Shown here piece after piece: positions 8,217-16,795 of a stretch of 64,000 nucleotides of DNA. This stretch comes from Kiritimatiellia bacterium. Its GTDB lineage: Bacteria > Verrucomicrobiota > Kiritimatiellia > JAAZAB01. The first letter of the stretch is position 1. Every line of letters starts with the position of its first letter. The position numbers were made by a program, and so were the translations under genes. The stretch spans positions 96,001 through 160,000 of the forward strand of contig JAXGPF010000011.1 in the NCBI GenBank assembly GCA_040767085.1. The letters are read 5' to 3'. The notes beneath the pieces are model-generated. The model searched no databases, was not told the DNA's origin, and was given only the letters and a program-made list of their open reading frames with translations.

Positions 8217-9637
8217 CGCAACACCTCCGCGCGCACATAACGATAGCCGTCCCGCTCCTCCACCGCCAGGATTTTCAACCCCGCCTTACGCGGCAGCAAC
8301 ACCTCCCGCTCGAAGCCATGCGCCTTATCCAGATCGCCGATCCACATCCCCCGCGTCCCCCGCGGCGCCCGAATCTCGAAAAACGTATTGCCTTTAACCC
8401 CAGCCGACAAATTTTTTGAAAGCGAGGTGGAAGCATACCCCTTATCCCTATACACCCCGCCCGGCCGCAAATCAATCCCCGCCGGCAAGTCAGTCCGCCG
8501 CCATAAAACCACGCTCTCCGGCAGCCGCGAACGCGCCAGCGTTTTATCCAACTCCGCTATGGTCTTTGCCGCATTCGCATCTATCCGCCCGCGGTGCGGC
8601 AGGCGTAAAAGCTCATTTAAACGCGAGCCTTCCTGCTGATAAACCACCCCCGCCGCCTTCTGTTCCGCCGGCAGTTTCCGGGTAATCGGCTCCAGATTTT
8701 TATCCGCCCATCCGGCCAGGTACTTATCCGACTGAAACGCCCGGAACGGCGCCTCGCTCAACGACTGCCCCTCCAGCCAGTCAAAGAGCGAAATCCCTTC
8801 CCCCACATCCTGCTCCCGCGCAAACTTCTCGAACTCCCCGAACACCTCCGGATCGTACCGTTCCCGCAGCGTCTCCAGGTCAATCCGCAAATCCCCGGGG
8901 TGCCACCCGAACGCCCCCCGCCGTTCCTTTTCCGACTGCGCCCGCGCCTTCGGGCTGCGCACATCCACCGGATGCCCCGCCCCCAAATCCAGCGTCCCCT
9001 GATCCAGCAGCCGCCTTTCCATCGCCGGGCTCAACACAAAGCCCCGCGCCCTGGCCGCCGGCTCATTCGCCCCTGGCTGCCCCGCCACCCGGCCGGCCGC
9101 CTGCGCCTCGGCATAATCCTCATCGCTCACCGGCACCACCTGGCACCGGCAATTATAATCCCAGGGCGGATAATGATCCCGCCAGAACGGATGCTCCGCC
9201 GGCAGGATCAACCCATTCAGCGCCGCGTGGCTATCCCGCACATTCTCATCCCCCATCGTCAAATACATCCAATACCCATGCGCCGCGCGCCCCTCCTCCG
9301 AAACCATCACCTCATGCCGCGCTGCCTGGTATGCCTGAAACCCATGCATCCGCAGCAGCAGCTCCGCCCGCTTTTCCGCCGCATCCCCCAGCCAGGGCGT
9401 CAACCCCTCGATCACCTGCTCCTTCACATCCTCCCAGGCCGCCCCCCGCGGCAGCTCCGCGATCGCGTCGCGCAGGCTCTGCAGCGTATTCGCGTCCTCA
9501 ATCCCCCCCACCGTAAACGCCCGCGCCCGCGCCTCCGGCAGCAGCCGGTCAAACACCTTCCGGGTCACCGCCGGCTTCCCCTTGATCAACTCCGCCGCCT
9601 GCTCATGCGGCAACGCCTGGAACACAATATCGCTCAT
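8213..9637 (-). CDS. MuF minor head protein with C-terminal VIP2-like ADP-ribosyltransferase domain
   Basis: MuF motif D.NVRDSH...PPWDYNCRC; ART R-S-E triad LWRR / YASTS / FEREVLLPR. Confidence 0.88.
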   Translation of the reverse strand: MSDIVFQALPHEQAAELIKGKPAVTRKVFDRLLPEARARAFTVGGIEDANTLQSLRDAIAELPRGAAWEDVKEQVIEGLTPWLGDAAEKRAELLLRMHGFQAYQAARHEVMVSEEGRAAHGYWMYLTMGDENVRDSHAALNGLILPAEHPFWRDHYPPWDYNCRCQVVPVSDEDYAEAQAAGRVAGQPGANEPAARARGFVLSPAMERRLLDQGTLDLGAGHPVDVRSPKARAQSEKERRGAFGWHPGDLRIDLETLRERYDPEVFGEFEKFAREQDVGEGISLFDWLEGQSLSEAPFRAFQSDKYLAGWADKNLEPITRKLPAEQKAAGVVYQQEGSRLNELLRLPHRGRIDANAAKTIAELDKTLARSRLPESVVLWRRTDLPAGIDLRPGGVYRDKGYASTSLSKNLSAGVKGNTFFEIRAPRGTRGMWIGDLDKAHGFEREVLLPRKAGLKILAVEERDGYRYVRAEVLR

Positions 9638-9906
9638 TTCTTCGCCGGCCTTTCATACTCCGCCCCGCGCGCCCCCTCCAGAAACTCCACAAAATCCGCC
9701 AGCCCGATCCGCACCAGGCTGCCGATCCGGCTCGCCTTCAAATCCCCTTGATCCACCAGCCGGTACACCGTCTGCACGCTCACCCGCAGCGTTGTCGCCG
9801 CCTGCGGCACTGTAATATACAACGCGCTCGTCACCCGGCGCAACTTAATAGTACCATCCGCCTCCGGCGGCAGCTCCTCATAAATCATCGCCCTGTACTT
9901 ACGCAT
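9634..9906 (-). CDS. Excisionase-family (HTH_17) DNA-binding protein
   Basis: ITVPQAATTLRVSVQTVYRLVDQGDLKASRIG. Confidence 0.8.
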   Translation of the reverse strand: MRKYRAMIYEELPPEADGTIKLRRVTSALYITVPQAATTLRVSVQTVYRLVDQGDLKASRIGSLVRIGLADFVEFLEGARGAEYERPAKK

Positions 9907-10249
9907 GGCACCCCCCGAACCCAAACAATAGTTGCTCAAATTTACCAGAAAAACTCTCCGCCAACCTTATCGGCGACGCCAACTCCAATTCCAACTCGAT
10001 ATCCACCTGCACCACCCCCACATACACTCCTTCCGTCCCACGCCGCCTCGCCATCCGCGCCAGCTCCAGATAACAAAGCTCCGTCACCCGCGGCCGCACC
10101 CCCAGCACATCCATCCCCAACTTCCGCGCCAGCTCGCGCGTTGTCGCCGGCCCATATTGCAGCAATCCCAGATACACCCGCAGCCGGTCCCCGCTCACCA
10201 GCCGCCGCTTCTGCGACCAACTCAGATCACGCACATCTTCCGGCTTCAT
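9899..10249 (-). CDS. Phage winged-helix protein
   Basis: GPATTRELARKLGMDVLGVRPRVTEL; GGAGG RBS. Confidence 0.7.
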   Translation of the reverse strand: MKPEDVRDLSWSQKRRLVSGDRLRVYLGLLQYGPATTRELARKLGMDVLGVRPRVTELCYLELARMARRRGTEGVYVGVVQVDIELELELASPIRLAESFSGKFEQLLFGFGGCHA

Positions 10250-10387
10250 CCCCGCCTCCTCTCGCGTTCTGAACTCCGGCTTATCAGCAGACCTCTGCAA
10301 CACCTCTGCAAATCCGCGTAGGCCAACGATCTCCCCCTGGCCTTGACCTCGGATACCCCCGGAGCTCTCCGCCCGTCCTGGGGCATC

Positions 10388-10885
10388 CTACAGCATTTTA
10401 CGCCGCCGCGCCGCCGCCCGCCGCAAATCGAACACCAACCCCCACACCTGCCGGCAAGACAGCGCATTCAAATCCGCCGTCTTATACCGGCTGCGCGCGA
10501 TAGCCCGCGCATAATCTTCCGGCCGCTCGATCGCATCCGCCGCCGCCGCGCACGCCTTACGCAGATGATACCGCGCCACCCCGATATTCCCTGCCGCCGC
10601 GCCGCGCTCGCACTCCCGCGCCTCATCCAGCCGCCCCAGCATCCGCAGGAAATGCCCCTTCAACCTCGGCCAATCCTCCTGCACGCAACTCCGCAGGAAC
10701 TGCTTATGGCAGGCCTTAAACTGCTCCTCATGCCGCCATGCGTCGAAATCATCCCCGGCCAGCCCCGCCGCGCGCCGCCGCTCATACGCCGGCCGGATCA
10801 GCCGCCCGATCAACAGCCGCCGCTGCTCCCGCGAAAGCCCCGCCATCTCCGACCCCAACACCGCCGCATCCAACGCCGTATTCAT
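10388..10885 (-). CDS. Phage hypothetical protein (possibly GemA/gp16-like)
   Basis: Position after gam; ATGA coupling to the upstream ORF. Confidence 0.5.
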   Translation of the reverse strand: MNTALDAAVLGSEMAGLSREQRRLLIGRLIRPAYERRRAAGLAGDDFDAWRHEEQFKACHKQFLRSCVQEDWPRLKGHFLRMLGRLDEARECERGAAAGNIGVARYHLRKACAAAADAIERPEDYARAIARSRYKTADLNALSCRQVWGLVFDLRRAAARRRKML

Positions 10886-11118
10886 TGCACCGCCCTTTGC
10901 ACCGCCAGCCAATATCCCAATCCGGCCAAGCCCGCCCGCCGACCAGGTAGGGCGGCCAGTCCCGCCGGCGCGGCCCGCGCCTTGGCCGCCGCTCCGTCCG
11001 CCGCTCCTTCCGTCCCCTTCGTCACTTCCGTCCCTTTCCGTCCAGCCGGCCGCCACGCATCCACCAGGACCGCCCCGGCCAGCCCCGCGATCGCGCTCAG
11101 CATAATTGCCTCAAACAT
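10882..11118 (-). CDS. Small phage membrane protein carrying in-frame repeat-derived sequence
   Basis: Overlaps gam stop; hydrophobic N-terminus; REP at 10947-10990. Confidence 0.45.
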   Translation of the reverse strand: MFEAIMLSAIAGLAGAVLVDAWRPAGRKGTEVTKGTEGAADGAAAKARAAPAGLAALPGRRAGLAGLGYWLAVQRAVQ

Positions 11119-11623
11119 GACCCACCTCCTCCCGGTTCACCTCTACAAAAAACCGTTCCGCCTGTTCCACCCGCAGGCCCAGCGTCCGCAGATCATCCCC
11201 CAGCACCTCCCGATCCGCCAGCAGCGCCTCCTTATCCGGCTCCTCCCGCACCCGCACATAATGCGGCAGATTCGCCTTCAACAGCGCCAGCGCCTTATCC
11301 CACGTCACCCCCTTCACCGTCTTCAACTGCGGCATCCCCGTCCGATACCCCAGCGTGCCATGCACCATGGCCAGCGCCCGCTTCGCAACAAACTCCTCCG
11401 GATGCCCATCCGCCCACACATGCGCCTGCTCCTCCAGCGCCTCATACCGCTGACCCAGCTCCGAAAGCGCCTGCTCGTAATGCGTCCGCACCCGCGCCAG
11501 CTCCTCATTCAGCCGCGCCTGCTGCTCATCCAGCCGCGCCCGCGCCAGGCACATCTCCCGCACCACCTCCTCCACCTGCTCCCGGCTCATCCCCGCCGCC
11601 AACTTTTTTTCAGCCTTGTTCAT
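11111..11623 (-). CDS. gam: Host-nuclease inhibitor Gam (Mu-like)
   Basis: HGTLGYRTGMP, YVRVREEPDKEALL and GLRVEQAERFFVE motifs. Confidence 0.9.
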   Translation of the reverse strand: MNKAEKKLAAGMSREQVEEVVREMCLARARLDEQQARLNEELARVRTHYEQALSELGQRYEALEEQAHVWADGHPEEFVAKRALAMVHGTLGYRTGMPQLKTVKGVTWDKALALLKANLPHYVRVREEPDKEALLADREVLGDDLRTLGLRVEQAERFFVEVNREEVGHV

Positions 11624-11679
11624 CGCCATCTCCTTGAATCTCAATCTCAAATCTTAAATTTTAAATCTCAAATTTCCCT

Positions 11680-12672
11680 TTACACCTTCCGTTCCACCGG
11701 GCAGAGCGCCCGCACCGCCGCCTCCACCAGGTCCGCCGAAAGCTCCGCCCCATCGTCATCCGCATTCATCCGCGCCAGCTCCACCGCATCCGCCAGCGCC
11801 CGCAGATTCCCATGCTTGCGCAGCGCCGGCGTCAACGCCCGCGCCGCCACCCGCGCCTCCCCATTCCCGCCCAGCGCCAGCTTCAGATACGCCGCCACAT
11901 CCTCCTCCGTCACCCCGTTCACCCAGCGGTTCTCGATCGGCTTCAGACTCCGCCCGATCAACTGCTGCGCCTCCGCATGCGCCTCGCTCGATCCATTCAC
12001 CAGCCGGTTAAACGCCGTCGGATACGTCCCCAGGACGAACTTCCCGCGCGTATCATCAATCAGGTGCTTCACCAACTTCATCGCCAGCACCCCGCCCTCG
12101 TGCATATCGTCCAGCAGCAGCGTCAGCGCGTTCAGCTTCAACGTCTCGATCACATTCCCGAACGTCGCCGCCGCCCCCGCCTCCTCCGTCGCCCCCACCG
12201 CCCGCGCCAATGCCCGCGCGATCACCGGCATACTATCCTTCGCCCCCCGGTTAAAATGCAGATACACCGCCGCCAGCCGGTTCTGCCGCGCCAGCGCCTG
12301 CATGCTCCAGCTCTTGCCCACCCCCGTCGGCGCGATCAACCACGCGCAACGCCGATCCGACCGCTGCCCCTGCAGCGTGTCATACACCTGCTGACCGTAC
12401 CGCGCGATCGGCAGCTCCTCGAAAAACTCCGCCAGGTCAATCGTCCCCTCCACCTCCGAGACCATTGCCGAGAGCTTCTTCACCCACTTCTCCAGCGCTG
12501 CCCCCATTTCGTCATACGCCCGCGCGCAGAGCCGATTCCGCCACGTCTTCGCGCTCCCCAGGTGCCGCTGATACCGCGCCGCAAACCGCACATCGCTCAA
12601 CCGCAGCGCCGCCTGGTGCTTCTCCAGCCGCTCCACCAACTGATCCAGCTTCCCTTGCAACTCCGTCATCAC
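11680..12672 (-). CDS. MuB-like AAA transposition ATPase
   Basis: Walker A APTGVGKS, Walker B LLLDD, GNLRAL motif. Confidence 0.85.
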   Translation of the reverse strand: MMTELQGKLDQLVERLEKHQAALRLSDVRFAARYQRHLGSAKTWRNRLCARAYDEMGAALEKWVKKLSAMVSEVEGTIDLAEFFEELPIARYGQQVYDTLQGQRSDRRCAWLIAPTGVGKSWSMQALARQNRLAAVYLHFNRGAKDSMPVIARALARAVGATEEAGAAATFGNVIETLKLNALTLLLDDMHEGGVLAMKLVKHLIDDTRGKFVLGTYPTAFNRLVNGSSEAHAEAQQLIGRSLKPIENRWVNGVTEEDVAAYLKLALGGNGEARVAARALTPALRKHGNLRALADAVELARMNADDDGAELSADLVEAAVRALCPVERKV

Positions 12673-12699
12673 ACACCTCCACGCACGTTTAAAAAAACC

Positions 12700-13068
12700 C
12701 TACACCTCCAACAACTCCATCCTGCTCCGTATCCGCACCTCACGCCGACGGGACGTCGGCGCCACGTCCTGCAAGTCCGCGCCCCCGTTCCCCGTAGGAG
12801 TCCGGCTTTGCCGGACGACCGCCACCCCCACCACGTCCACCACCTCATCCCCCCTTAGCGTCCTTAGCGTCCTTCGCGGTTTATCTTCCTCCTCTCCTAA
12901 ATCTGCGTTAATCTGCGTAATCTGCGGATTCCTTCCGCCATCCGCCCGCAGCACATTCCCCTGGCCATCCCGCGCCTCATCCACCGCCCGCCCGGGCCGA
13001 CCCTGCGCGCCCGCGCACCGGTACGCGCTCCGGAACGCCTGGTGGAACCGCTTCCGCCGCGCCACGCA
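12700..13068 (-). pseudogene. Probable C-terminal remnant of MuA transposase
   Basis: Directly upstream of MuB; frame cut at the repeat junction 13069; no catalytic core visible. Confidence 0.55.
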
Positions 13069-13478
13069 GGGAAAAAGGGTCAGTCCGTGATTCTTGGTGT
13101 TTTCGTGGCTTCGTGAGAGATAAAATTCTGTTTCCCGGACTTGTTCACGCCAGGCTTCGGCGCGGCACGCCCGCCTACGACACAGATCATCAGATGCCGA
13201 ACACCGTTCGGCTACTACATCGGCGGAAATGGCGGCGGCCTTGCCGGGAAATGTGATTAAAACAAGCCCTTCGTGTGCTTCGTGTCCTTCGTGGTTAATC
13301 TTGATGCTGAATGTCTACCGTCGCCTGTCGAAGATAGTGGTCATGTCTAAATTTATAACATTTCCAATTCAGCCCGCCAGCCTTTCCGCCATGCCCGGCA
13401 CAGGCAGGCGGATGGCGCCCTGGGCGCATCTGCAATTCCGGGATGACACTCCGAATTATTTATGATTAGCAATGAGGC

Positions 13479-13650
13479 ATGAATGCGAATACGCCGGAAC
13501 CTGCGCCCCCACCCCATCCTCTGGAACCAGTAATTCCGCCTCCACGGCGGCCGTTTAACGAAATCTCCGTGCTGTTCCCCTTGCTGGCGTTTTATACAGT
13601 CGCCTACCTGGGGCTGACGGCGGCGGATTTCGCGCTCCAGCAAACGCAAT
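13479..13650 (+). pseudogene. 5' fragment of the membrane-wHTH gene (copy 1)
   Basis: MNANTPEP...ADFALQQ cut at the junction. Confidence 0.75.
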
Positions 13651-14060
13651 GGGAAAAAGGGTCAGTCCGTGATTCTTGGTGTTTTCGTGGCTTCGTGAGA
13701 GATAAAATTCTGTTTCCCGGACTTGTTCACGCCAGGCTTCGGCGCGGCACGCCCGCCTACGACACAGATCAGCAGATGCCGAACACAGTTCGGCTACTAC
13801 ATCGGCGGAAATGGCGGCGGCCTTGCCGGGAAATGTGATTAAAACAAGCCCTTCGTGTGCTTCGTGTCCTTCGTGGTTAATCTTGATGCTGAATGTCTAC
13901 CGTCGCCTGTCGAAGATAGTGGTCATGTCTAAATTTGTAACATTTCCAATTCAGTCCGCCAGGCTTTCCGCCATGCCCGGCACAGGCAGGCGGATGGCTC
14001 CCTGGACGCATCTGCAATTCCGGGATGACACTCCGAATTATTTATGATTAGCAATGAGGC

Positions 14061-14598
14061 ATGAATGCGAATACGCCGGAACCTGCGCCCCCACCCCATC
14101 CGTCGGAACCGGTATTGCCGCCTCCACGGCGGCCGTTTAACGAAATCTCCGTGCTGTTCCCCTTGCTGGCGTTTTATACAGTCGCCTACCTGGGGCTGAC
14201 GGCGGCGGATTTCGCGCTCCAGCAAACACTGGAACTGCCGGACGGCATGATGCCGCTCTATATCGCCTTGCTCGGCGCGTACGCGGCAGACAAGGAAATC
14301 CGGCGCTGGCTGGGCACGCCGGAACTCCCGCGCAAGGGCACGGTCTTCGTCTACCTCTGGCTGTTGCTGTTTCTGGCTTTTTACATGATCCACGTATTCC
14401 AGCCGGATTTACGGCTGCCGGGCCATCTGCTGCCAGTCTGCCTCCAGGTACTGGGGATTTTCTTCGGCAGCAAGGCTTCCAAGCATGTCTTTGCCGGCCA
14501 GACCAGCCGCAGCGCGAAGAATTCCGAACAGGAACGCCAGGTTTTGGAGTTGCTGGCCGCCAGGGGCAAGCTGACCCGGAAGATGCTGGCCGACGAAA
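14061..14598 (+). pseudogene. Membrane-wHTH gene copy 2, truncated within the HTH
   Basis: Intact start and TM domain; cut after LTRKMLADE. Confidence 0.75.
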
Positions 14599-14958
14599 GG
14601 GGAAAAGGGTCAGTCCGTGATTCTTGGCGTCTTCGTGGCTTCGTGAGAGATAAAATTCTGTTTCCCGGACTTGTTCACGCCAGGCTTCGGCGCGGCACGC
14701 CCGCCTACGACACAGATCAGCAGATGCCGAACACAGTTCGGCTACTACATCGGCGGAAATGGCGGCGGCCTTGCCGGGAAATGTGATTAAAACAAGCCCT
14801 TCGTGTGCTTCGTGTCCTTCGTGGTTAATCTTGATGCTGAATGTCTACCGTCGCCTGTCGAAGATAGTGGTCATGTCTAAATTTGTAACATTTCCAATTC
14901 AGTCCGCCAGGCTTTCCGCCATGCCCGGCACACACGGCGGCCGTTTAACGAAATCTCC

Positions 14959-15534
14959 GTGCTGTTCCCCTTGCTGGCGTTTTATACAGTCGCCTACCTG
15001 GGGCTGACGGCGGCGGATTTCGCGCTCCAGCAAACACTGGAACTGCCGGACGGCATGATGCCGCTCTATATCGCCCTGCTCGGCGCGTACGCGGCGGACA
15101 AGGAAATCCGGCGCTGGCTGGGCACGCCGGAACCCCCGCGCAAGGGCACGGTCTTCGTCTACCTCTGGCTGTTGCTGTTTCTGGCTTTTTACATGATCCA
15201 CGTATTCCAGCCGGATTTACGGCTGCCGGGCCATCTGCTGCCAGTCTGCCTCCAGGTACTGGGGATTTTCTTCGGCAGCAAGGCTTCCAAGCATGTCTTT
15301 GCCGGCCAGACCAGCCGCAGCGCGAAGAATTCCGAACAGGAACGCCAGGTTTTGGAGTTGCTGGCCGCCAGGGGCAAGCTGACCCGGAAGATGCTGGCCG
15401 ACGAACTGGGGATTTCAGCCGTCAGCGCCTGGCGGATTTTAAACGGCCTCGTCAATAGTGGATTGCTGGTCAAGCAAGGGACCGGCAGGGGAACATATTA
15501 TGCCCGGCCGGGCGCGCCGACGTCCGGCGCTTGA
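14959..15534 (+). CDS. Multi-pass membrane protein with C-terminal winged HTH (copy 3; native start lost by about 140-bp deletion)
   Basis: About 4 hydrophobic segments then QVLELLAARGKLTRKMLADELGISAVSAWRILNGLVNSGLLVKQGTGRGTYY. Confidence 0.75.
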   Translation: MLFPLLAFYTVAYLGLTAADFALQQTLELPDGMMPLYIALLGAYAADKEIRRWLGTPEPPRKGTVFVYLWLLLFLAFYMIHVFQPDLRLPGHLLPVCLQVLGIFFGSKASKHVFAGQTSRSAKNSEQERQVLELLAARGKLTRKMLADELGISAVSAWRILNGLVNSGLLVKQGTGRGTYYARPGAPTSGA

Positions 15535-15542
15535 TCCCCATT

Positions 15543-15698
15543 CGTTTCATTTGCGTTTCAAATACGTTTCATTTGCGTTTCATATCGTTTCAAATACGTT
15601 TCTTTGCGTTTCATTTGCGTTTCTTTACGTTTCATTTTCGTTTCATTTGCGTTTCATTTGCGTTTCATTGCGTTTCATTGCGTTTCAAATACGTTTCA
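15543..15698 (+). repeat. Array of 15 CGTTTC(A) direct repeats with 10-11 bp period
   Basis: Cores at 15543, 15554, 15565, 15576, 15586, 15597, 15607, 15618, 15628, 15639, 15650, 15661, 15671, 15681, 15692. Confidence 0.95.
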
Positions 15699-16329
15699 GT
15701 AGCATCCTATAGGAAACCGCTTTATTATCTCGCAAAGCCGCAAAGAAGATGCGGATAATTTACCACGGAACCTTTTTTATCCACAGATTACGCAGATTTT
15801 CGGCCATAAAGAAGATGGGTATTGTTTACCACAGAGACGGATGAGCGGATGGAGGGATTAGCCATCCGCCTTCGCTCGGATGCTATGGCGGACACAGCCC
15901 GCCTTCGCTCAAGCTACGGCGGGCAAGCACAGGCATAGAAAAGAGCATAGACGTATTGGACTTGAATGGGATGCCGCGCTGTCCGCCAGGCGGACAGGGA
16001 TCGGTTGGCACGCTGATACGCGAATCAATTCGGGTATAAGCGTGTCAGCCGGTCCATCAGACCGGCAGATGCCGGTCCGGCGCGGCAATTGGCAATACAT
16101 CTGGTCATTTTGCCCATTTTGAGTATTTCTGGATCTGTTTTAATTGTAAATTGAATGAATCTTTGTGCCTTTGTGTCTTTGTGTGAGTATTTTTGGATCT
16201 GTTAAATTGTAACCAGCGCCTTCAGCGTGCTCGCTATCCGCGCCGGTAGCCTGAACGCAACTTGTCGGGCGGGATCCGAGATGCCAAGGCGAATGCCAGG
16301 ATATACATACTACCAGCCATATATCTATA

Positions 16330-16358
16330 TTGACATCTGGCGGAATGACTGTTAGGTT
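16330..16358 (+). promoter_or_regulatory. Sigma70-like promoter
   Basis: TTGACA-17 nt-TAGGTT upstream of the antitoxin-like gene. Confidence 0.45.
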
Positions 16359-16364
16359 GTATAC

Positions 16365-16460
16365 ATGACATACCGCGGAAACGTTATCCGCATTATCGGA
16401 GCCGGCTACTGGCGGAAAGGAAAGCAAATTTATGAAAAACAAAATCCAATATACAGATGA
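16365..16460 (+). pseudogene. C-terminal remnant of a BrnT-like toxin
   Basis: TYRGNVIRIIGAGYWRKGKQIYE, overlapping the antitoxin start. Confidence 0.7.
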
Positions 16461-16698
16461 GCCAATGGGTGATTTGAAGGTCGTCAGGGACTTCCTGCCT
16501 CCTCCCCATGAGCTGGTTATGGAGGAAGACACGGTCAAGGTGACTATCGGATTGAGCCGCGCCAGCGTCGAGTTCTTCAAGCGCGAGGCGCGCCGGAATC
16601 AAACCGCCTACCAGAAAATGATCCGACGGCTGCTGGATATATATGCTTCACGCTATGAGCATGAAGCCACAAACAGCGGCGGCCCCGTACGGCGTTAA
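16432..16698 (+). CDS. CopG/BrnA-like antitoxin
   Basis: DFLPPP and KVTIGLS...FFK...YQKMIRRLLD motifs. Confidence 0.8.
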   Translation: MKNKIQYTDEPMGDLKVVRDFLPPPHELVMEEDTVKVTIGLSRASVEFFKREARRNQTAYQKMIRRLLDIYASRYEHEATNSGGPVRR

Positions 16699-16795
16699 CT
16701 GCCCCGCCGGCGCGCCGTAACGCTCGCTGGCTTGGTTGGTTTCCTGCCAATCTTGCAGCGGAGGCGCCGCACTGGGCGTTTCCCGTTGTTCGCGG

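Larger units (their letters stand above)
1..13068 (-). mobile_element. Mu-like transposable prophage segment (sipho-type tail); truncated within MuA on the right, runs off the window on the left
   Basis: Co-oriented minus-strand run: transposase C-terminus, MuB-like ATPase, Gam, MuF, gpG, protease I, capsid, gp36-like, tail genes, tape measure. Confidence 0.92.
13069..15534 (+). repeat. Three nested tandem copies with a common left end (13069-13650, 13651-14598, 14599-15534)
   Basis: Each begins ggg(a/g)aaaagggtcagtccgtgattcttgg; offsets 582 and 948 bp. Confidence 0.95.

Noticed and set aside
11635-11676. Terminator or operator between MuB and gam
   Set aside because: Only a degenerate AT-rich 7-mer run (aatctca/aatctta); no stem and no supportable function.
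65-13000. Long plus-strand ORFs across the prophage
   Set aside because: Antisense shadows of GC-rich minus-strand genes, with Arg/Pro/His-rich non-protein-like composition.
13069-15534. Diversity-generating retroelement template/variable repeat pair
   Set aside because: Differences between copies are not adenine-specific and there is no reverse transcriptase in the window.
15543-15698. CRISPR or coding repeat (ORFs 15458-15712 and 15531-15758)
   Set aside because: The period alternates 10 and 11 bp, which is incompatible with a coding repeat, and there are no spacers.
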